Both the position numbers and the translations under genes were made by a program. From Candidatus Falkowbacteria bacterium (GTDB lineage: Bacteria > Patescibacteriota > Patescibacteriia > CAIXNZ01): a DNA stretch of 64,000 nucleotides. The notes beneath the pieces were generated by a model, which searched no databases, was not told the origin of the DNA, and saw nothing but the letters and a program-made list of their open reading frames with translations. The stretch is taken from assembly GCA_963774955.1 (NCBI GenBank), contig CAVZGV010000003.1, forward strand, positions 320,771 to 384,770, written 5' to 3'. Positions 10,240 through 16,733 of the stretch are shown piece after piece. Positions within the stretch are counted from its first letter, which is position 1. Each line of letters begins with the position of its first letter.

Positions 10240-11202
10240 ATGGCGAATAATATAAGAGAAAAAAACAATCACGGCTGGCACTACATTGCCGATGTTGACT
10301 TGGGTGATTTTTTGACCTTGGCTGATGTTAGAGATACCTATTTGCAGAATTATTTGGGAAAAGGTTATACGGATGTTAAGTTGGAGCTGGTGAAAGGGAA
10401 AATCTATAAAGTTTATCTTTATCGTCCCGTTGAGCTCAAAGGTTTGAATAAAAATGATCCTCTTTTTATGGCCGTGATTTTACCGACAAAGATCAGTTTA
10501 TTGAAGTCTCAAATTAAAAATTTTCCTGACAAGAAAAAAGAAATTCAAAATGAAATTATTTTTTGGAAGATTGCTTTAAGAAATTATCGGCAGAAAAGAA
10601 AGCTATCCGAATGGGCAGCAGGTTTACCAGATAAATTGCGTTTTAAAATGCGGAACTGTAAATATCTGCCGAGTTTTAATGAAACCAGTAGAATCCCTTA
10701 TAAACAACGCGAATCATTTCAGGAAGAATTTTTTGATTATGAAATTTGGAATAGGGAATACATTAATGCTTTGGCCAAACAAATCGGCAATCATAAGATA
10801 GTCATGGAGGTTGGAGCAGGCTCTGGGCGGCTAAGTTACTTTTTAAGAAAAAAATTACCCAATAACCAAATTATCGCAATTGATATTAGTTTGAAAAACA
10901 AAGTAGCTGGTATTCCACTTATAAAAATGTCCATGAAACAGGCTTTACAGAAGTTTAAACCGGATATTTTAATTTGTTCCTGGCCTGACGCTTTTTTCTG
11001 GCAGGAAATTAAGCATAATACCAGCGCCAAGAAAATAATTTTAATCGGCGACAGTGAGGATACACCATTGGCTAGGGAAATAAAAGGCGAGTGGCAATGG
11101 CTGCCAATTAAGGGTTTTAAAGTAAGGGAATTTTTTGCAGCTAAAAAGGTTCAGACCAGCCGAGACAGCCTGGGTACCACAATTATTTATAAAAATAATT
11201 AA
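10240..11202 (+). CDS. Class I SAM-dependent methyltransferase-like protein with an N-terminal extension.
   Basis: VMEVGAGSGRLSYFL (motif I GxGxG) followed by IAIDIS (motif II). Confidence 0.55.
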   Translation: MANNIREKNNHGWHYIADVDLGDFLTLADVRDTYLQNYLGKGYTDVKLELVKGKIYKVYLYRPVELKGLNKNDPLFMAVILPTKISLLKSQIKNFPDKKKEIQNEIIFWKIALRNYRQKRKLSEWAAGLPDKLRFKMRNCKYLPSFNETSRIPYKQRESFQEEFFDYEIWNREYINALAKQIGNHKIVMEVGAGSGRLSYFLRKKLPNNQIIAIDISLKNKVAGIPLIKMSMKQALQKFKPDILICSWPDAFFWQEIKHNTSAKKIILIGDSEDTPLAREIKGEWQWLPIKGFKVREFFAAKKVQTSRDSLGTTIIYKNN

Positions 11203-11206
11203 ATCT

Positions 11207-11695
11207 ATGAGAAATAAAACTCAGGAATCAAATTTGGAAACTGCTGATTTTGCCGCCGGTTGTTTTTGGGGCGTGCAGTCAACTTTTGATAAATTAGCCG
11301 GAGTCAAAGAAACAACAGTCGGTTATGAAGGCGGACAAGTGGCTAATCCGACCTATGAACAGGTCAGTGATCACCAAACTGGTCATGCTGAGACAATCCG
11401 CATTAAGTATGATCCGAATATCATTTCATATACAACCTTGCTGGATACCTTTTGGAAAATACATAATCCGACAACCAAAGACCGTCAGGGACTCAATGTC
11501 GGTTCTAATTACCGTTCGGCTATTTTTTATCACAATCAAAAACAAAAAGAACTGGCGGAAAGAGCCAGGGAAGATTTATTAAAAAGAGGTGTTTATAAAA
11601 AAATTGTTACTGAGATTGCACCGGCTTCAGAGTTTTGGCCGGCTGAGGAATATCATCAGAAATATTATTTAAAAAATAAGGGTTTAGTTTGTTAA
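11207..11695 (+). CDS. msrA: Peptide-methionine (S)-S-oxide reductase MsrA.
   Basis: Active-site GCFWG and YHQKYY near the C-terminus. The ORF extends upstream to 11135; the Met at 11207 follows the previous stop. Confidence 0.85.
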   Translation: MRNKTQESNLETADFAAGCFWGVQSTFDKLAGVKETTVGYEGGQVANPTYEQVSDHQTGHAETIRIKYDPNIISYTTLLDTFWKIHNPTTKDRQGLNVGSNYRSAIFYHNQKQKELAERAREDLLKRGVYKKIVTEIAPASEFWPAEEYHQKYYLKNKGLVC

Positions 11696-12138
11696 TTATG
11701 AACAGAATTATAAATATGAAACGCGACGTCTCAATTTTAATTCCTTATAAAAAAGAAAATGGTGAGGTTTTGGTTTTCCTGGAACGCCGTTCCAAAACAG
11801 CCGAGCGGATTCCTGATTGGTTTGGTTTTTGGGGCGGGGGAATTGAAGCAGGAGAATCCTCGGAACAGGCTTTATTGCGTGAAATAAAAGAAGAATTGGA
11901 TTTTAAACCGGTCGGTTATCAACATTTTAAAGATTTTGAATTCGGGGTTTTAAAAAGCATTAAACATCTTTATATCTTAGAGGTTGACAAAAGTTTTGAA
12001 TCTAAGATAAAGTACAATGAAGCTCAATACGGACAGTGGTTTAATCAGCAACAAATTGAAACTGAAAAATTACTGATTGAAGACGACAAGATCGTTTTGA
12101 GAGAGTTCTTTAACTCGTTAAAAGGAGAAAATATATGA
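11689..12138 (+). CDS. NUDIX hydrolase.
   Basis: Nudix box GGGIEAGESSEQALLREIKEELDF (GX5EX7REUXEEXGU). Confidence 0.8.
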   Translation: MLIMNRIINMKRDVSILIPYKKENGEVLVFLERRSKTAERIPDWFGFWGGGIEAGESSEQALLREIKEELDFKPVGYQHFKDFEFGVLKSIKHLYILEVDKSFESKIKYNEAQYGQWFNQQQIETEKLLIEDDKIVLREFFNSLKGENI

Positions 12139-12713
12139 AAACAATCTTGCCCATTATTTTGGGTTCTTCATCCCAGTGGCGGCAGGGGATTATGCGTCAG
12201 TTGGGTGTTCCTTTTACTGTCATGACTGCTGATATTGATGAAAAGGCAATCCGTCATGATATTCCCGAAGAAATGGTGGTTTTGATTGCTAAAGCTAAGG
12301 CTGCAGCGATTTTACCCAAAATTTCTGAACCTTCAATTCTGATCACGGCTGATCAGGTGGTACGCTGTAACGACGAAATCAGGGAAAAGCCGGTTGACGA
12401 GAAACAGGCCAGGCAATTTCTGGAAAGTTATAGTCGCTATCCGGCCGAAACCATCAGCAGTATCGTGGTCATCAATACCGGGTCCGGTAAGATGGCTGAA
12501 GGTGTTGATCTGGCCAAGATATTTTACAAACCGATACCGATTGAAGTCGTTGATGCTTTAATCGCCAAAGGTGATGTTTTCAAGGCAGCCGGTGGATTTA
12601 TTCATGAAGATCCTTTGATCAGTCCCTATGTTGATCACCTTGAAGGGACAGATGACAGCATTGACGGTTTACCGATTGCGCTGTTAGAAAAATTAATTGC
12701 CGAAGTTAGTTAA
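12135..12713 (+). CDS. maf: Maf-like nucleoside triphosphate pyrophosphatase.
   Basis: ILGSSSQWRQGIMRQLGVPFTVMTADIDE is the Maf N-terminal signature; ~190 aa. Confidence 0.8.
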   Translation: MKTILPIILGSSSQWRQGIMRQLGVPFTVMTADIDEKAIRHDIPEEMVVLIAKAKAAAILPKISEPSILITADQVVRCNDEIREKPVDEKQARQFLESYSRYPAETISSIVVINTGSGKMAEGVDLAKIFYKPIPIEVVDALIAKGDVFKAAGGFIHEDPLISPYVDHLEGTDDSIDGLPIALLEKLIAEVS

Positions 12714-12723
12714 AAAAATAAGT

Positions 12724-12752
12724 CCTCCCGCTACGTGGGAGGGCTTTATATT
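12724..12752. terminator. Rho-independent terminator hairpin, probably bidirectional.
   Basis: cctccc-gctacgt-gggagg stem followed by a T-rich run. It sits between maf (+) and the convergent 92-aa gene (-). Confidence 0.6.
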
Positions 12753-12760
12753 TGTGCCCG

Positions 12761-13039
12761 TTAAATAATGATTTCATAACTGATTTTTTGGCCTGGTTCT
12801 TGAGGCAGAGCTGTCATCAAAATACCTTGGATTTCTTCAGTGGCAATTTTTTTATCCTCCCAGGTATAGGTGATTCGAACAGCTTGATCTGTATGTGTTT
12901 GAACCAGGATCCACGGCTCAATACGGCACGATGGTTGTGATTGATCAATGATCGTTAAGTTGTGAATCATTGCAAAGTCATATAGATGTTTCATCTTTTG
13001 GACACAACTTTTTCCACGGGTATGTACACAGTCTTCCAT
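12761..13039 (-). CDS. Hypothetical 92-aa protein.
   Basis: Good SD (aggaggg, 7 nt upstream) and a sigma70-like promoter on the minus strand at 13040-13085; isolated between two terminators. Confidence 0.5.
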   Translation of the reverse strand: MEDCVHTRGKSCVQKMKHLYDFAMIHNLTIIDQSQPSCRIEPWILVQTHTDQAVRITYTWEDKKIATEEIQGILMTALPQEPGQKISYEIII

Positions 13040-13096
13040 TATTTTTCCCTCCTGAAGATGAGTATAAATAAATTTATGAATTTTTGCAAATAAATA

Positions 13097-13120
13097 AGCC
13101 CCACCGCGTAGCGGGGGGCT
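13097..13120. terminator. GC-rich hairpin terminator.
   Basis: gccccaccgc-gta-gcggggggc followed by T-rich tracts on both strands; ends the minus-strand operon 14323..13133. Confidence 0.55.
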
Positions 13121-13132
13121 TTAAGTTTGTAA

Positions 13133-13585
13133 TCAGGGTTTTTTTCTGAATATCGTGAGCTTGGCTCTGACCTCATCGCAGCCTTGTTCGCGATCGTAGT
13201 CAGGGAAGATCCCGATCTGATCCGGGGGAACACCGGGGAACTGGCGTTTGATCATTTCCAGCAGATCCTCCATGTCAATTTCGAAAGGGACATAGATCTC
13301 TTTGACTTCGTTGACTTTCTCGGAGGAGAGTTTGGACTCGGCTTCCTGTCGGCGTTGGATCCAGTCTTCCTGGGGAATGTTGTGGTTGTCCTCGGTGAAG
13401 GAATCGTTTTCCGCGTCGAAACGGAAGTAGCCGCAGATGCAGGTGTATTCGGTCGGACCGTCTTTCAGGTCAAACTCGATGTCAAATTCCTTGCCGCACA
13501 TGGGGCATTTGCCCGCAATGCGCTTGGTGTGGCTCTGGATTTCCACGTATCCGACTTCACCGATTTGGTAGCTATTGTAGCCCAT
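13133..13585 (-). CDS. Zinc-ribbon protein, hypothetical (GC-rich island).
   Basis: CPMCG..(x16)..CICG Cys4 motif with an acidic C-terminal half. ~52% GC and GC3-rich codons, unlike the host. Confidence 0.6.
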   Translation of the reverse strand: MGYNSYQIGEVGYVEIQSHTKRIAGKCPMCGKEFDIEFDLKDGPTEYTCICGYFRFDAENDSFTEDNHNIPQEDWIQRRQEAESKLSSEKVNEVKEIYVPFEIDMEDLLEMIKRQFPGVPPDQIGIFPDYDREQGCDEVRAKLTIFRKKP

Positions 13586-13597
13586 GATTTTCTCCTT

Positions 13598-14323
13598 TTA
13601 GATCTGGATCTGGAATTTCTTGGTTTTGCTTTGCCAGGGCATCTTGATCATGGGGATACCGGGAATTTCGCGGTTGGAGTAAAAGCAACCGTCAACCCCA
13701 TGGAAAATCGAAGCCTTGGCGCCGTCATGTTCGGGCACGTGCACCAGCATGTAGTGCTCATCTGGAAACTCTTTGGGATCGCTGGTAATAAAGACGATGT
13801 CCAGATTGAATGTACTGGCCAAGGTCCGCAGTTCTTCAGCATTGGATGGCTTGACCTGGTCATCTTTGCCCAGATAGATCCTTACTGCCACATTGGGCCA
13901 GGATCTGATCATCTGGCAGGGAAGTCCGGGGATCATGGCAGTTGACCAGAATTCTCCGTACTCGTTCAAGATGATGCGGGCAGTGTCGGAATTCGGCAGT
14001 TTGACGATAATACTGGGAATGCCTCCCCAGACAGCAGCCGGGTCTTCGGAGCAGATTGTCAATCCCGCCAATTCAGCCAGCGCCACCAGCTCCTCCAAGA
14101 GAGGAATGATCCTTTTCTTTTTGGGTTGGTTGTTGCTAACGCAGTATTCGCGTTTTTTTTTGGCTTCATTCAGGAAACAGGAAATGGCCCAGCCAATGGA
14201 GCTCCACTGATCCCAGTGCCTGTAAGCACCGTCCCAGTCACGAAATCCCTCAGGCAGGTCGGCACCATTTAGCCATTCGGCTAGGGTTAAATCGTTTCGC
14301 TTGGTATGGTCAACTTTTGGCAT
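13598..14323 (-). CDS. Hypothetical 241-aa protein (GC-rich island).
   Basis: Long minus-strand ORF 12 bp upstream of the zinc-ribbon gene, in an operon arrangement. SD aaaggag and promoter at 14374-14402. Confidence 0.6.
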   Translation of the reverse strand: MPKVDHTKRNDLTLAEWLNGADLPEGFRDWDGAYRHWDQWSSIGWAISCFLNEAKKKREYCVSNNQPKKKRIIPLLEELVALAELAGLTICSEDPAAVWGGIPSIIVKLPNSDTARIILNEYGEFWSTAMIPGLPCQMIRSWPNVAVRIYLGKDDQVKPSNAEELRTLASTFNLDIVFITSDPKEFPDEHYMLVHVPEHDGAKASIFHGVDGCFYSNREIPGIPMIKMPWQSKTKKFQIQI

Positions 14324-14373
14324 GTCTTTCTCCTTTTCAAAATAAAAATAAATTCAATTTTAAGGAACTTTTA

Positions 14374-14402
14374 ATTTTAGCACATTTTAGTGGTTTTGTC
14401 AA
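14374..14402 (-). promoter_or_regulatory. Sigma70-type promoter (TTGACA-17-TAAAAT) on the minus strand.
   Basis: Reverse complement reads gtgTTGACAaaaccactaaaatgtgcTAAAATtaaaag, upstream of the 241-aa gene. Confidence 0.6.
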
Positions 14403-14409
14403 CACGTTC

Positions 14410-14522
14410 GCCAAAAAGAAAAGGGAGCTCCGTTATGGGAGCTCCCTTGGTGTTAAGGCAAATAGATAGGGCTGTAGATCGGCGTGTAGTTTTGATTGGC
14501 CACGCTGAGCGTCAGTCCCTTG
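14410..14522. repeat. Direct repeat copy A (~113 bp): duplicated gene 3' end plus terminator hairpin.
   Basis: ~90% identical to 15145-15258. Contains hairpin gggagctcc-gttat-gggagctccc and a 31-aa stub ORF (14453-14548, minus) ending ..GLTLSVANQNYTPIYSPIYLP, the same C-terminus as the lipoprotein 15188-16015. The stub start overlaps the upstream gene's stop (TAATG). Confidence 0.85.
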
Positions 14523-14547
14523 ATATTAGGCTCAGACTTGGAGACCA

Positions 14548-15021
14548 TTAATCAAGTGGCTGGGTCATTAGCTTTATTTGCATAACCTGCCTGAGCTTTT
14601 TCATTAAACGCTCAAGTGCTTCTTTTTTGAAAGGATCAATGTCTGAATCGTCCAGCTCAACATTATCTACTTCGTCTTTCTCGTCTATCAACCCGATTTC
14701 AACTGACAGAAAAGTGATTGCTAAGATTCTGGTTAAAGTTTTAAAATTTATATCCAGAATTTCCATAATTCGAATGAAATTGGCTGTTTCGTCCAGAAAA
14801 TCATCAGCCTGAAGATCAACTTCTTCTTTTAATAATTTATCTGCGAAATTTTGGGTCATACCCAGAATTTCAATCATTTTTTCTCTTGATGTTTGGACTT
14901 CTCCCATTAGTAAGAAAAAAATATATGGCAGATCGTAGCCGCAATCGTCAATCCAGTGTTTAGCTTCTTTTCTGGTTAATCCTCGCATCAATTCAATATT
15001 ATTCTCTAAGGCTATGGACAT
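14548..15021 (-). CDS. Hypothetical acidic 157-aa protein (AT-rich, inside the GC-rich island).
   Basis: Minus-strand ORF with host-like AT-rich composition, bracketed by the two 114-bp direct repeats. Confidence 0.5.
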   Translation of the reverse strand: MSIALENNIELMRGLTRKEAKHWIDDCGYDLPYIFFLLMGEVQTSREKMIEILGMTQNFADKLLKEEVDLQADDFLDETANFIRIMEILDINFKTLTRILAITFLSVEIGLIDEKDEVDNVELDDSDIDPFKKEALERLMKKLRQVMQIKLMTQPLD

Positions 15022-15144
15022 GTCAATTCCTCCATTAGGTTATGTTGTACCAATGAACTAAGCCCTTTATGAAATAACTTGGCAGAATTTTTTTAAAAAA
15101 CTATCTTTATAATATTAGATGTTTAATTATTTGTCAATATGTTA

Positions 15145-15258
15145 GCCAAAAAGAAAAGGGAGCTCCGTGTGGGGAGCTCCCTTGGTTTTAAGGCAAATAG
15201 ATTGGGCTGTAGATCGGCGTGTAGTTTTGATTGGTCACGCTAAGAGTTAGTCCCTTGG
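15145..15258. repeat. Direct repeat copy B: the authentic 3' end of the lipoprotein gene plus its terminator.
   Basis: gccaaaaagaaaagggagctccgtgtggggagctcccttgg..agtcccttgg aligns with copy A. Confidence 0.85.
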
Positions 15259-16015
15259 TATCACTGGTTTTCCAGTGGTTCAGGTTGAGCGGATCAAACG
15301 CTGTTACCCGGATGGCCAGTGGTTGGTTGTCCGGAAAATCGTAGTCCAGGAAGGCGATGTCCTCGTAGTTTTGCAGGGCGATCCAGAAAGTACAGAGCTG
15401 GAAGCTGGCTTCATAGCCGCCGCCATTCCTGAGTTTCAGAGCGTAAACCTCAACTCGGATCGGATCCGAAGACAGGTTTTCGCAGTAAAACGAGTTGTTG
15501 CTCTGGTCCAGCGGATTGTTTTCCGCATAACGGCCGTCAAACTGACAAGCCGCGCCATTGATGATGCCCACCGGAATCTGATAAGTGTTTCTGGTGCTGG
15601 TGTTGATGATTTCAAACTCACCCTCGACGACCATGCCCTGTCCTTGGAAATCCGGTTCGGTGCCGTGGACATTGGCATAGTAGACTGAAACAATGCCCCG
15701 CCAGATTTTGAATTCCAGCATATCGCCTTCTTCCAGGTCGCGCGAATAGACACTGTTGGTGTTATAAGGCAGGGTGATCAGCTCACGGACAAGGTAGGTG
15801 TTGGTGGTTTTGTTGAACAGATCCACCTTGACTACCACGTCATTGTTGTTGGTGAACGAAATCAGACCGTTTTCCAGGGTGAAGTCAAAGTCGACTCCGG
15901 CCAGACTGGCGTAGGCGTAGTGGTAAGTCGGGGGAGTCCCGGGCGCTTCCTCTTTATAGGGTGCGCAGTTCAGACAGAAGAACCCGAGGCAGATGCTGAT
16001 AATAAGTTGCTTCAT
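15188..16015 (-). CDS. Secreted protein/lipoprotein, hypothetical (GC-rich island).
   Basis: The ORF runs 15188..16087; the real start is the Met at 16015 (MKQLIISICLGFFCLNC signal/lipobox-like) with a GGAGG SD, 10 bp after the upstream gene. It shares an ANVHG motif with its upstream neighbour. Confidence 0.6.
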   Translation of the reverse strand: MKQLIISICLGFFCLNCAPYKEEAPGTPPTYHYAYASLAGVDFDFTLENGLISFTNNNDVVVKVDLFNKTTNTYLVRELITLPYNTNSVYSRDLEEGDMLEFKIWRGIVSVYYANVHGTEPDFQGQGMVVEGEFEIINTSTRNTYQIPVGIINGAACQFDGRYAENNPLDQSNNSFYCENLSSDPIRVEVYALKLRNGGGYEASFQLCTFWIALQNYEDIAFLDYDFPDNQPLAIRVTAFDPLNLNHWKTSDTKGLTLSVTNQNYTPIYSPIYLP

Positions 16016-16025
16016 TTTCGTCTCC

Positions 16026-16502
16026 TCAGGGATCCAAGTCGTAGACTGTTCCGTTTTTGGGACAATCCACTGGCTGGTAATTGGCATCCCAGTAAGTCAC
16101 GTAGACCTCGACGTGGGAATTGATTTCCAGCCAGGTGTTGTAGGGACAGCCAGTATGCATGTAGCCGTCTTCACCTTTGATATTGACGCAGTCATTGGCA
16201 TTCCAGCCAACTCCGATGTCAACCACCTGAACATTGCCTTCGAACATGATGATCCTGGCGCCGTGGACATTGGCGTTTCTGACATAAATTTTGTTCCAGT
16301 ACCACTCGCCGTCGCCCTGGACATAGGTGGCGCCGAATTCCATGTCCACACCGCAAAAGTCGTCGATGTAGACCAGGTCGGGTTCGCCGTAGACGTTCAT
16401 GCCGGTGTCGGCTTTCTGGCCGTTGATGTTGACGCTGTCACAGCCCAGGCCAATGATTCCGCAGGCCAGAATAATACTGGCCATAACGATCATCTTTTTC
16501 AT
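16026..16502 (-). CDS. Lipoprotein, hypothetical (GC-rich island).
   Basis: MKKMIVMASIILAC.. with a lipobox-like ILAC/LGC; SD aagggagg; ~52% GC. Confidence 0.6.
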   Translation of the reverse strand: MKKMIVMASIILACGIIGLGCDSVNINGQKADTGMNVYGEPDLVYIDDFCGVDMEFGATYVQGDGEWYWNKIYVRNANVHGARIIMFEGNVQVVDIGVGWNANDCVNIKGEDGYMHTGCPYNTWLEINSHVEVYVTYWDANYQPVDCPKNGTVYDLDP

Positions 16503-16595
16503 AAGATTATCCTCCCTTTCATTGGAAACAGTTTGGGTGTATAAGCCTAAAATTGCCTAATTTAAAGGACAAAATCTAATATCTAGTATATTCGA

Positions 16596-16623
16596 ATATA
16601 TCATATTTTATCAAATTTGTCAA
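16596..16623 (-). promoter_or_regulatory. Sigma70-type promoter (TTGACA-16-TATATT) for the minus-strand lipoprotein operon.
   Basis: Reverse complement reads cTTGACAaatttgataaaatatgaTATATTcg. Confidence 0.5.
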
Positions 16624-16640
16624 GGTTTAATATTATGCCC

Positions 16641-16669
16641 TTGATAAAAAAAGCTTTTTGTCATACAAT
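16641..16669 (+). promoter_or_regulatory. Sigma70-type promoter (TTGATA-17-TACAAT) for secD; divergent from the lipoprotein promoter.
   Basis: ccTTGATAaaaaaagctttttgtcaTACAATagc, ~65 bp upstream of the secD start. Confidence 0.5.
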
Positions 16670-16733
16670 AGCTATAAGAATTAGCCTGTTTACAGGCGAT
16701 TTTATTTTTATTTAAATTTAACCAAATATTATT

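Noticed and set aside
13184-16544. Numerous 60-250-aa ORFs on the + strand and in alternative frames inside the GC-rich island (e.g. 13184..13945, 15275..15688, 15993..16544, 16097..16351).
   Set aside because: They overlap the coherent minus-strand genes, which have SD sequences, promoters and terminators. Open antisense frames are expected in GC-rich DNA, and their proteins are low-complexity (Gly/Val/Asp-rich) with no start context.
12724-16630. Interpretation of the GC-rich segment as an assembly chimera or contaminant contig.
   Set aside because: The genes are embedded between host-like AT-rich promoters, SD sequences and terminators. One promoter is divergent with the native secD promoter, and the 114-bp repeat links GC-rich and AT-rich genes. 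This argues for genuine integration, though read-pair confirmation is still advisable.
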